A DNA stretch of 46,976 nucleotides from Parcubacteria group bacterium (GTDB taxonomy: Bacteria > Patescibacteriota > Minisyncoccia > Moranbacterales > GCA-2747515). A program made the position numbers and the translations under genes. Shown piece by piece: positions 15,325 to 23,337 of this stretch; positions within the stretch are counted from its first letter, which is position 1; every line of letters starts with the position of its first letter. The stretch covers positions 1 to 46,976 of the forward strand of contig JBAZXC010000007.1 in the NCBI GenBank assembly GCA_041660065.1, read 5' to 3'. A model generated the notes under the pieces. It saw nothing but the letters and a program-made list of their open reading frames with translations, did not search any database and was not told the DNA's origin.

Positions 15325-15361
15325 GTCTACATGTCTACCTTTCTACTCGTCTAGCAGTCTA
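15325..15361 (-). repeat. Array of five TAGAC-N3 units phased at exactly 8 nt (plus strand reads GTCTAC)
   Basis: Units start at 15325, 15333, 15341, 15349 and 15357: GTCTACAT GTCTACCT TTCTACTC GTCTAGCA GTCTA. The array abuts the putative parA -35. Confidence 0.85.
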
Positions 15362-15365
15362 ATTT

Positions 15366-15394
15366 TTGGAGTACTTGTGCTAGTATAGTATAAT
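15366..15394 (+). promoter_or_regulatory. Putative parA promoter
   Basis: TTGGAG-17 nt-TATAAT, about 60 nt upstream of the parA ATG. Confidence 0.45.
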
Positions 15395-15454
15395 TATTGT
15401 AGTAAATCAAGACGGGGTTTTTCCGTGTGGCTTTTTAATCTTAAATTACGTGTA

Positions 15455-16219
15455 ATGGCACAAATTATTTCATTTATCAATCAAAAAGGCGGAGTGGGCA
15501 AGACGACGAGTGCGGTCAATACGGCAAGTTATTTGGCGGACATGGGCAAGTTTGTCCTATTGGTGGATTTGGATCCGCAGGGCAATGCTTCATCAGGATT
15601 GGGGGTTGATCTGCGACAAGTGCAACATAGTCTATATTCCACAATGGTGGGTGGCGGTAATGTACGCGATGCGATCATCGGCGTGGGGATGGAAGGATTG
15701 AGTTTGATCCCGGCAACGGCAGATCTCGCCGGTGCAAATATCGATCTGGTGGAAATGGAAAATCGTGAGTTCCGTCTATATGATGTGCTCAGACAAATTC
15801 GCATGGATTATGATTATATCATCATTGACTCGCCGCCGAGCTTGGGACTTCTCACGATCAACGGTCTCGTGGCATCGGATAGTGTTATCATTCCCGTGCA
15901 AGCGGAATATTATGCGTTGGAAGGATTGGGGCAATTGCTCGAAACGATCCAATTGGTGCAAAATAATTTACAGCCACAATTGGATATCATGGGCGCGGTA
16001 ATCACGCTCTATGACAGGCGCAATCGTTTGGCGCGGCAAGTCGTGCGTGAGATGCGGCAACATTTCCCGGGGCGAGTTTTTGAAAGTATTATCCCGCGCA
16101 GTATTCGTCTGGCGGAAGCACCGAGCTTTGGGCAGTCGATCACGTTGTTTGATAATTTCAACAAAGGCGCAAAAGCGTACAAGGCTCTTGCGAAAGAAAT
16201 AATTGCATTAGAAAAATAA
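15455..16219 (+). CDS. parA: Chromosome partitioning ATPase ParA/Soj
   Basis: Deviant Walker A NQKGGVGKTT starts right after MAQIISFI; DLDPQGN and IIIDSPPSLG motifs. Confidence 0.95.
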   Translation: MAQIISFINQKGGVGKTTSAVNTASYLADMGKFVLLVDLDPQGNASSGLGVDLRQVQHSLYSTMVGGGNVRDAIIGVGMEGLSLIPATADLAGANIDLVEMENREFRLYDVLRQIRMDYDYIIIDSPPSLGLLTINGLVASDSVIIPVQAEYYALEGLGQLLETIQLVQNNLQPQLDIMGAVITLYDRRNRLARQVVREMRQHFPGRVFESIIPRSIRLAEAPSFGQSITLFDNFNKGAKAYKALAKEIIALEK

Positions 16220-16226
16220 AATTATT

Positions 16227-17195
16227 ATGATACAGCGGCATGGACTGGGCCGAGGACTTTCCTCACTGATCCCACAAAAAAACACATCATCACAGAACGA
16301 ACCGCAGAGGATCGCGTCACACAGTGTGCAGCCGACTTTTCGAACATCGCGTAATGATGGTGCATCTGCGTCGACACACAAACAAACAGAAGACCGTATT
16401 GATGATGATCGTGATTTTGTCAAAGACGTGCCGATCGGCATGGTGCGCGCCAATGCGCAACAACCGCGCATGTATTTTGATGAGGAGAAACTGGACGAGT
16501 TGGCACACTCGATCAAAACACATGGCGTCTTGCAACCGCTTATCGTGATTCACAAAGGAGATCATTACGAACTCATCGCCGGTGAACGTCGTTTGCGCGC
16601 ATCTAAAAAAGCGGGATGTGAAACTGTGCCGGTAATTATCAAACAGGACATCAATCTCGGCGATCAGAGGAAATTGGAGCTTGCGCTTATTGAGAATATT
16701 CAACGGCATGATCTCAATGTGATCGAAGAGGCAAAATCATATAATCGTCTTGCGGATGAGTTTGGCTTGTCTCAAGAAGAGATCGCTGTACGTTCCGGCA
16801 AAAGTCGACCGACGGTTGCCAATCGTATGCGACTGACAGGTTTGCCGATCGAAGTGCAAAAAGGATTGATCGCGGGGGAGATCACGGAAGGACATGCCAA
16901 AGTGATCCTCAGTCTCACGATGCCACAAAAACAGCTGGCACTCTATCACATGATCCTTGCGCAAAAACTTACCGTACGACAGGCGGAGGATAAAGCGCAT
17001 CTCGCTGAGCAAACAAAACATATGCGTAGAACCGGTGACAAAACACCGCATGCACGGCGACTGGAAGATCAATTGACGCGGTATTTTGGCACGCGTGTAC
17101 GTGTGAGTGAAAGCAATGGCGGAGGAAATATCACGGTATCATATTTTTCAGAAGAAGAATTAAAAAATATTCTCACACGTTTAAAATTAGTATAA
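16227..17195 (+). CDS. parB: Chromosome partitioning protein ParB/Spo0J
   Basis: GLGRGLSSLIP N-terminus, ParB box GERRLRASKKAG, LIENIQRHDLN, and an HTH segment. Confidence 0.93.
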   Translation: MIQRHGLGRGLSSLIPQKNTSSQNEPQRIASHSVQPTFRTSRNDGASASTHKQTEDRIDDDRDFVKDVPIGMVRANAQQPRMYFDEEKLDELAHSIKTHGVLQPLIVIHKGDHYELIAGERRLRASKKAGCETVPVIIKQDINLGDQRKLELALIENIQRHDLNVIEEAKSYNRLADEFGLSQEEIAVRSGKSRPTVANRMRLTGLPIEVQKGLIAGEITEGHAKVILSLTMPQKQLALYHMILAQKLTVRQAEDKAHLAEQTKHMRRTGDKTPHARRLEDQLTRYFGTRVRVSESNGGGNITVSYFSEEELKNILTRLKLV

Positions 17196-17212
17196 TCAAT
17201 TAACATAATTTT

Positions 17213-17566
17213 ATGAAAAAAATTATAGGTCTCCTGTGTGTTATCAGTATGTCGTTTTTTCTCGTTGGTTGCGGTCAAAAGATCTCATCACAATTTCCGT
17301 TGCCGGAGAAAGTGGAGAATTTCACAGAACAATCAGAAGGTGATGCAATCAACTTTCAGACAAACATGAGTAGTGCGAAGCTGTTGGATTTTTATCGGCA
17401 AGCTTTTAGCGGACAAGGGTTGACGGAGCGCACATTGTTGACCGTGCAAAACGGCGGTACGGTGAGCGTGGTATTCGATGGAAATACTAAAGGGGCACTT
17501 GTTGTTCAAATGGTGGAATTGCCGACGGGAATGACAAATGTCAACATCCGTTTCGAATCCATATGA
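17213..17566 (+). CDS. Hypothetical lipoprotein
   Basis: Signal peptide with lipobox FLVGC (MKKIIGLLCVISMSFFLVGCGQK). Confidence 0.75.
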   Translation: MKKIIGLLCVISMSFFLVGCGQKISSQFPLPEKVENFTEQSEGDAINFQTNMSSAKLLDFYRQAFSGQGLTERTLLTVQNGGTVSVVFDGNTKGALVVQMVELPTGMTNVNIRFESI

Positions 17567-17627
17567 GTTCTAAAATATACGGATATGTGATCATTTATGC
17601 CTATATAGGAAGGATGGTTTTCTGGTC

Positions 17628-17656
17628 TGGACAAGATTAAGAAACTGTGGTATAGT
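17628..17656 (+). promoter_or_regulatory. Putative sigma70-type promoter with extended -10
   Basis: TGGACA-17 nt-TATAGT with TG at -15/-14, upstream of the ORF at 17729. Confidence 0.55.
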
Positions 17657-17728
17657 CTTTTGTTGATCCAGTAGAGCAAAAAGTTATTTAAAAGCAAAAA
17701 ACATATGATCATATAAGGAGGATAAGCT

Positions 17729-18187
17729 ATGGGCGGATACCAAAATATGCCTTTTATAGAGAAGGAAAAAGAGTATTTTGAGGCGAGGCAACGGGGTGTG
17801 CATGGTGCGGAGTTGGCAATTATCGTGCGCCAGTGGCTCGCAACAGCGACCACATCTGACGAGATCTGTGCAAATATCTTCTATCATTATGATTCCGTCC
17901 TGCTTGGCGAATATGCCTTGAGTGATGACGAGATCATGCGTCATGCATGTGCCGTTTTTAAGACAAAAGAAGACTGGTGGTCGTGGTTTTCTTTTTGCGA
18001 TGGCAACATGAAACAGTATAGAACGGAAGCTCTTGATGGAATATTGAGTTTCGCTCAGTATAAGGAAGATGTCCAAGGAATTCTCACGAAGGTGTGCAAT
18101 AGCATGGAGATCACCTTGGATATGGATAAAGTATTTCTCCAAATATTCAGAGCAGCATATAAATTACCTGCTCGTACTAACAGCTAG
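17729..18187 (+). CDS. Hypothetical protein
   Basis: 152-aa ORF preceded by the strong RBS TAAGGAGGA. No recognisable family. Confidence 0.7.
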   Translation: MGGYQNMPFIEKEKEYFEARQRGVHGAELAIIVRQWLATATTSDEICANIFYHYDSVLLGEYALSDDEIMRHACAVFKTKEDWWSWFSFCDGNMKQYRTEALDGILSFAQYKEDVQGILTKVCNSMEITLDMDKVFLQIFRAAYKLPARTNS

Positions 18188-18206
18188 GGGCGGATCAATG
18201 AGAACA

Positions 18207-18239
18207 CAAAACCCCCGCAAATTTTTTGCAGGGGTTTTT
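18207..18239. terminator. Bidirectional terminator between convergent genes
   Basis: AAAACCCCCGCAAA-TTTT-TTGCAGGGGTTTTT. Confidence 0.8.
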
Positions 18240-18263
18240 ATTATGCTAAAAAATGATCTCATA

Positions 18264-19754
18264 TTACGTCCGTGTGCGTTTGATCGCACGGCGGATCGCG
18301 CCTTTTGCGTTGGATGTTTTTACGAAGTCCAGCCAATCGGCATTTGGTTTTTTTCGGTTTTTATCCGTGATGATGTCAATGATCTGCCCGTTGTGTACTG
18401 TGGAGTCAAGGGCGGTCATTTTGCCGTTGACGCGTGCGCCGGTTGCTGAATTGCCGATATCGGTGTGGATGGCATAGGCAAAATCAACGATACTCGCGCC
18501 CTCAGGCAATTCGATGATGTCGCCCATCGGCGTGAAAGCGAAAATATGATTTTTGAGAAAGTCCACCTTCAACCCCTCGATGAATTCTTCCGGATTATTG
18601 CCGAGTTCTTTCTGCCATTCCTGGAGTTGCATCACCCATTCCACTTCTTTTTTTGAAACCTCGTCTTTTTTGGGGAGGAAATAATCCTTCCAACTCTTGT
18701 TTTTGCGTGATTCATAGAGCCAGTGGGCGGCAATACCGAATTCTGCTTCGTCGTGCATTTTTTGTGTGCGGATCTGCACTTCGAGGACGCGCCCATCAGG
18801 ACCAAATACTGTCGTGTGGATCGATTGATAGCCGTTTGGCTTTGGGAGGGAAATGTAGTCTTTGATGCGGCCGATCATCGGATGGTATTTTTTGTGGACG
18901 ATGCCGAGCGTTTCATAACATGCGGCGATGTCTTTGACGATGACGCGTACGGCGATCAGATCATAGACGCGATTGATGTCCATGTCGTAGCGCAATAATT
19001 TCTGATAAAGACTGTGAATGCCTTTTGCACGACCATGTACATCAACGACGGTGATCCCTTCGTCTTTGAGAGCCTTTTTGAGTTCACGAATCGCTTTTTG
19101 TACGTAGAATTCTTTTTCTTTGACTTTTTCTTTGCTGATGTTCTTTGTGCTGTTGTATTTATCGGGGTGGAGATGCATGAAACAGAGATCGGTAAGTTCA
19201 CTGCGCAATCCTCCGATACCGAGTCTGTTTGCGATGGGGACGTAGATTTCCATTGTTTCATTGGCGATTCGCTTGCGTTTTTCTGCAGGAAGGTATTCCA
19301 GTGTCTGCATATTGTGCAGACGGTCTGCGAGTTTGATGATGACAGTGCGGATGTCGGATCCCATTGCGAGAAACATGCGTCGCCAGTTTTCCAGTTTGTA
19401 TTCTTCCTTCGTGCCACGCAATTTGATCTTGCCGAGTTTGGTGATGCCCTCGATCATTTGTGCGATATCCGGACCGAATTTTTTGGTGATGGTCACAAGG
19501 GTTTCCGGTGTGTCCTCCGGAATATCATGCATGAGTCCTGCGGCGACAGTGCGGGCATCCATACCGAGCTTTGCAAGGATTCTCGCTGTAGCAAGACAAT
19601 GTTGGATATAGGGCACGCCACTTACGCGTATTTGATCTTTGTGCGCAGCATCGGCAAATTCAAAGGCCTGTGAAATAAGCTTGCGTCCGTTATGTCCGAG
19701 CGGTGTTTTGAATGCACGAAATACATCATCAATTGTAAGGATTTTTTGTTCCAT
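18264..19754 (-). CDS. RelA/SpoT-family (p)ppGpp synthetase/hydrolase (HD + synthetase + TGS, no ACT domain)
   Basis: HD motif MHDIPEDT, synthetase motif GYQSIHTTV, TGS FAFTPMGDIIELPEGASIVDFAYAIH. ATG 19754 (MEQKIL) is preferred because the longer ORF would overlap the divergent promoter region. Confidence 0.93.
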   Translation of the reverse strand: MEQKILTIDDVFRAFKTPLGHNGRKLISQAFEFADAAHKDQIRVSGVPYIQHCLATARILAKLGMDARTVAAGLMHDIPEDTPETLVTITKKFGPDIAQMIEGITKLGKIKLRGTKEEYKLENWRRMFLAMGSDIRTVIIKLADRLHNMQTLEYLPAEKRKRIANETMEIYVPIANRLGIGGLRSELTDLCFMHLHPDKYNSTKNISKEKVKEKEFYVQKAIRELKKALKDEGITVVDVHGRAKGIHSLYQKLLRYDMDINRVYDLIAVRVIVKDIAACYETLGIVHKKYHPMIGRIKDYISLPKPNGYQSIHTTVFGPDGRVLEVQIRTQKMHDEAEFGIAAHWLYESRKNKSWKDYFLPKKDEVSKKEVEWVMQLQEWQKELGNNPEEFIEGLKVDFLKNHIFAFTPMGDIIELPEGASIVDFAYAIHTDIGNSATGARVNGKMTALDSTVHNGQIIDIITDKNRKKPNADWLDFVKTSNAKGAIRRAIKRTRT

Positions 19755-19852
19755 AAAACTATATTTACTATACGGCTTGATGCGTGAGTTGACAAGGTGT
19801 GTTTTTGACGACGGAGTTGTCACTGCGCGGGGATGTGTCATAATGGGTGCAT

Positions 19853-21073
19853 ATGACAGTATACACACCACTGGCGGAGCGCATGCGTCCTAAGACAATT
19901 GAAGATTTCCATGGACAAGAGCATCTCGTTTCGCATGGTGCGGTTTTGCATTCTCTGATCCGCAAAGATCAGGTCCCCTCAATGATCCTTTGGGGTCCGC
20001 CGGGGACGGGAAAAACCACGCTTGCGCGGATTATCGCCAATGAGACGGCGGCGCATTTCGTGCAAATGTCCGCGATCAACGTCGGGGTAAAAGATGTGCG
20101 TAAGGCGATTGAGGATGCGCGGAGTTATGCGCGCTTGGGGACAAAGACCATCCTTTTTATCGATGAGGTGCATCGATTTAACAAGATGCAACAAGATGCG
20201 TTCTTGCCGAGCGTGGAAGATGGCACGATCATACTCATCGGCGCAACGACGGAAAACCCGAGTTTTGAGGTAAACGGCGCATTGCTATCACGCGCACGGG
20301 TTTTTGTTTTGGAGGCGTTGTCTCTTGCATCGCTCAAAAAGATCGTTGCGAATGTCTTGGAAAGGAGTGAAAAATTTTTCGGGCGCAAAAAGATCACGAT
20401 CTCCGATGAGACGACAGAGTATCTGTGTGCACTTGCCAATGGTGATGCGCGTACGATGCTCAATGCGTTGGAAGTCGCTGTGCAGTTAGCGCAAATGGAA
20501 AAGAAAAAAAACACCATTCTCAAAAAACACATCGAGCAAGCGATCCAAAAGACAAATTTGCTCTATGACAAAAATGGGGAAGAACATTACAATCTCATCT
20601 CCGCACTGCACAAATCCATGCGTGGCGGGGACGCGGATGCGGCGATCTATTATCTCGCGCGGATGCTGGAGGGCGGAGAGGATCCGCTATACCTTGCGCG
20701 GCGCATCGTGCGCTTTGCCTCCGAAGACGTCGGCATGGCAAATTCTTTTGCGCTCCCGCAAGCCGTGGCGGCATATGATGCGTGTCGATTTATCGGAATG
20801 CCGGAATGTGGCGTGAATCTCGCGCAAGCAGTTGTCTATATGGCAAAGAGTAAAAAAAGCATCGCCGTGTACGAAGGGTATACTGCGGCGATGCAGGATG
20901 TGCGCGACAAAGGAAACTTGCCGGTGCCACTACACCTGCGCAATGCGCCGACAAAACTGATGAAAGAATTAAATTATGGCAAAAATTATAAATACACACC
21001 GCTGGCAACAGATGAGGAGAACGCGCAACAAGAATTTTTGCCGGAAAAACTCAAAGGAAAAAAATATATATGA
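19853..21073 (+). CDS. rarA: Replication-associated recombination protein A (AAA+ ATPase)
   Basis: LWGPPGTGKTT Walker A, ILFIDEVHRFNK Walker B, and an MgsA C-terminal domain (YDKNGEEHYNLISALHKSMRG). An in-frame GTG at 19847 is an alternative start. Confidence 0.95.
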   Translation: MTVYTPLAERMRPKTIEDFHGQEHLVSHGAVLHSLIRKDQVPSMILWGPPGTGKTTLARIIANETAAHFVQMSAINVGVKDVRKAIEDARSYARLGTKTILFIDEVHRFNKMQQDAFLPSVEDGTIILIGATTENPSFEVNGALLSRARVFVLEALSLASLKKIVANVLERSEKFFGRKKITISDETTEYLCALANGDARTMLNALEVAVQLAQMEKKKNTILKKHIEQAIQKTNLLYDKNGEEHYNLISALHKSMRGGDADAAIYYLARMLEGGEDPLYLARRIVRFASEDVGMANSFALPQAVAAYDACRFIGMPECGVNLAQAVVYMAKSKKSIAVYEGYTAAMQDVRDKGNLPVPLHLRNAPTKLMKELNYGKNYKYTPLATDEENAQQEFLPEKLKGKKYI

Positions 21074-21106
21074 AAAAGCGCTGTGATGTTTTCACAACGC
21101 TTTTTT
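21074..21106. terminator. Bidirectional terminator between rarA (+) and the ORF at 21128 (-)
   Basis: AAAAGCGCTGTGA-TGTT-TTCACAACGCTTTTTT. Confidence 0.8.
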
Positions 21107-21127
21107 AAAAGAACGTGGGAGATTTTT

Positions 21128-21763
21128 TTATTGATGGTGCTGAAGAATGACTGTGGCACGATCGTATGCACCGTATACGATCTCTCGTAATGTTGGGATG
21201 TGCTCCGTATCAGAAATTTCTCGCAGGGCACCCTCTGCTTGTTGTAGAATGGTGTTGACATAGTCCTTGTCGACGTGTTTACCTGTCGCGAGCGCGAGGA
21301 CGATGGATGATGCTTCGAGTAAGATCTCAGGCTCTTTACACTCTTGTGCAAGAACCTCCAAAGCAGTTCTCATATCATTTCCACAGATATCCTTGTAATA
21401 GTGAGTGAGAGGAACCTGATCCCAATCTACTTTTTCAACTGTCTCGGCGCAGACGCGTATGAGATTGTTTCGAATCATCTTTTTGACAGAAGTTTCATAC
21501 GTTGTGTCTATGGACAAGAGATGTATGTGATAGAGATGTTCGAATTTCGTTTTAATGGGAGTGACAACGATCACGCCTATGATCACAGCACCTTTTGAGT
21601 CATCATGACACGTGATGATGTAGCCATGTTTTCGCAGTGACTGCCAATACGCCCACGTTTGATCTGACTCTTTCGGTCTCACGATGCGTAGGAGACGATT
21701 AAGTTCCTCTGTACATCGCTCCACAACGGCATTAATGCCTATCGAAAATGATTGCGGTTTCAT
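21128..21763 (-). CDS. Hypothetical protein
   Basis: 211 aa from ATG 21763, preceded by GGAGGAGG. No recognisable family. Confidence 0.7.
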   Translation of the reverse strand: MKPQSFSIGINAVVERCTEELNRLLRIVRPKESDQTWAYWQSLRKHGYIITCHDDSKGAVIIGVIVVTPIKTKFEHLYHIHLLSIDTTYETSVKKMIRNNLIRVCAETVEKVDWDQVPLTHYYKDICGNDMRTALEVLAQECKEPEILLEASSIVLALATGKHVDKDYVNTILQQAEGALREISDTEHIPTLREIVYGAYDRATVILQHHQ

Positions 21764-21883
21764 CGCCTCCTCCTTTTTTGAAGTTGTTGTAAATGTTAAA
21801 CAACGATATTGTGCCCTCACTGTAGCACCATACGTGTGTTTTTACAATATATAGAAAAAAGGCAGAAGGGTGGATTTTTTAGA

Positions 21884-21901
21884 TCGGTGGAAGGGTAGAC
21901 G
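21884..21901 (+). repeat. Degenerate tRNA-Leu 5'-like fragment
   Basis: TCGGTGG-aag-GGTAGACG matches tRNA-Leu TCGGTGG-cggaatt-GGTAGACG (15 of 15 flanking nt, D-loop 4 nt shorter). Confidence 0.5.
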
Positions 21902-21946
21902 TAAAAATGTGAAAGATTGTTCAAATTGCGAGCGTGAAAACCCTTT

Positions 21947-21992
21947 GTCATTCCCGCGAAGCCTGCCTGCCGGTAGGCAGGGCGGGAATCTA
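21947..21992 (+). repeat. Composite repeat: a GTCAT hairpin unit with the 20-bp palindrome inserted in its loop
   Basis: GTCATTCCCGCGAAG [CCTGCCTGCCGGTAGGCAGG] GCGGGAATCTAG. Without the bracketed 20 nt it matches the unit at 448-476. Confidence 0.9.
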
Positions 21993-22130
21993 GTATCGGC
22001 ATTCCCATTCCGATTTTTCGAGGACAAACTTTACGGGAATGACAAAATGATCGTATGTGGAAAAATAGTAGAATGATGATGTATTTTCAGCAAAAATGAG
22101 ATTTTCAAACTTGCTTTCTTGAAAAAAATC

Positions 22131-22159
22131 TTGACAAAATGGTAATTTAGGTGTATAAT
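22131..22159 (+). promoter_or_regulatory. Consensus sigma70 promoter
   Basis: TTGACA (22131-22136), 17-nt spacer, TATAAT (22154-22159). Confidence 0.7.
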
Positions 22160-22348
22160 ATTCAACTATAGTCATTTTACAACTTATTGTTTGCTACAGC
22201 CAAAAGAGGCTTCATTTTGTTGATTTTGAAGGCAATTTTTGGCTGTGGCAAAACCTTGTCTGCCGGAAGGGAGGCGTTGCGGTGGAGTCAAAACAGCGAA
22301 ACTTTTTATTGTGCCGCGTATCATGCGACCACACAAGGAGGACTTGCG

Positions 22349-23038
22349 ATGAAAAAAGCAACCCTAAAACCCGTTGAAACAATGACAGTGAGGCAATTGA
22401 AAAAGTTCATTGCCATTTTTGAAAACTTGCCGTCAAAAAAAGTGCAAGACATTCTCGAATCGGGCTTGCTGACGGATATTCGCGATGGGAATATGCATTT
22501 GGTTGATCGCGATGCAATTCGTAAATTGCTCGGTCTCGCGCCACTTGAAGCGTGGTTTTACTGTGCCGACGTTGGTGTAGAAATACCCGCTTCGTCTGAG
22601 CCGTTCATCGCAAAAGAAAAATTTGTGGTGAATACCCGTGATGATGCAAAGGTAAAAATATCTGGTCTTGGGGCAAATTTTGAGAATAACTTTCTGTCCA
22701 AGAAAGAAAAGCCATGTGCATCATCCATAGTGTACGGTTGTAAGTTATTGAGAAGATTGACAAGCAAACAAATCCGTGAAGAGCTTGATCGTGATGACAA
22801 GCTTGAAACCACCCTGTATGAAATGTTTTTTATGCTGGAAAAACAGGGAAACGGTGAGAGTGGATCTTTACGTACCAACGGCTCTGCGAATATTTTCTTT
22901 ATTCGCGATGACAAAGGTGACCTTTGTGCGGTCCGCTGTCGCTGGTATGACGATGGGTGGGGCGTGCGTGCCTACTCCGTCGATGATCCGGATGAGTGGG
23001 ATGATGGCTCTCAGGTCTTCTCCCGCGATTCCCTCTGA
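22349..23038 (+). CDS. Hypothetical protein
   Basis: 229 aa from ATG 22349, preceded by AAGGAGG. The 283-aa version from 22187 has no RBS and runs through a leader hairpin. No recognisable family. Confidence 0.7.
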   Translation: MKKATLKPVETMTVRQLKKFIAIFENLPSKKVQDILESGLLTDIRDGNMHLVDRDAIRKLLGLAPLEAWFYCADVGVEIPASSEPFIAKEKFVVNTRDDAKVKISGLGANFENNFLSKKEKPCASSIVYGCKLLRRLTSKQIREELDRDDKLETTLYEMFFMLEKQGNGESGSLRTNGSANIFFIRDDKGDLCAVRCRWYDDGWGVRAYSVDDPDEWDDGSQVFSRDSL

Positions 23039-23075
23039 TTCTTAGAGCCAAGATCCTTTGGCTCTTTGAGACTTT

Positions 23076-23114
23076 GACCCCGTAAAATCTAAAAAATTTC
23101 GCGGGGTCTTTTTT
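23076..23114 (+). terminator. Rho-independent terminator
   Basis: GACCCCG...CGGGGTC followed by TTTTTT. Confidence 0.65.
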
Positions 23115-23144
23115 ATATAAAAAAATTAATGTATGCGTTGCACG

Positions 23145-23173
23145 CACTACTATACTGCGCAAGTATAGTAGTG
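23145..23173. repeat. Perfect 12-bp stem hairpin CACTACTATACT-GCGCA-AGTATAGTAGTG
   Basis: Exact reverse complement arms read from the sequence. Confidence 0.85.
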
Positions 23174-23203
23174 TCGGGTGTCATAAGCTTTATGTCATTG
23201 CTT

Positions 23204-23256
23204 CGTTGCTATATTTCGTTTCGCTCCTCCCGCCAAAGGCGGACAGGCGCAATGAC
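23204..23256. repeat. GTCATTGC...GCAATGAC terminal inverted repeat enclosing the inner palindrome CCGCC-AAA-GGCGG
   Basis: 8-bp inverted termini at 23204-23211 and 23249-23256. Confidence 0.65.
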
Positions 23257-23337
23257 GTGAAACTGATTGGTTTTTTTGAAAAAGAACATAACAGCGCCTT
23301 AAATTCACAATTTTTGGGTTTGTGCTATAATATTTCC

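Noticed and set aside
15325-15361. CRISPR-like or mini-array interpretation of the TAGAC repeats
   Set aside because: The units are 8 nt with only 3 variable positions, far too short for repeat-spacer architecture. They are treated as an iteron-like array instead.
16611-16630. Canonical parS (TGTTNCACGTGAAACA)
   Set aside because: Only half-sites containing GTGAAAC were found (near 16617, 23256 and 42227), none with the palindromic partner. The 12-bp palindrome TGCCACGTGGCA inside eno (about 28823-28834) does not fit the consensus.
17562-17640. Small hydrophobic ORF (MSSKIYGYVIIYAYIGRMVFWSGQD) overlapping the stop of the lipoprotein gene
   Set aside because: It is only 25 codons with no RBS, and it lies upstream of the predicted promoter for the next gene. 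There is not enough evidence to call it a gene.
21817-22076. Small ORFs 21817..22008(-), 21842..22027(-) and 21870..22076(+)
   Set aside because: They are translations of the hairpin and palindrome repeats (LPAGRQ, LRGNDK, SFPRS peptides), have no RBS and overlap each other on both strands.
22250-22300. SRP (4.5S) RNA, suggested by GCCGGAAGGGAGGC
   Set aside because: A GGAA loop is present, but the conserved domain IV flanks (GGUCC...GGAAGCAGC with the AGCA internal loop) are absent and the ends do not pair into the required long hairpin. The 12189-12306 hairpin also lacks a GNRA loop and the AGCA motif.
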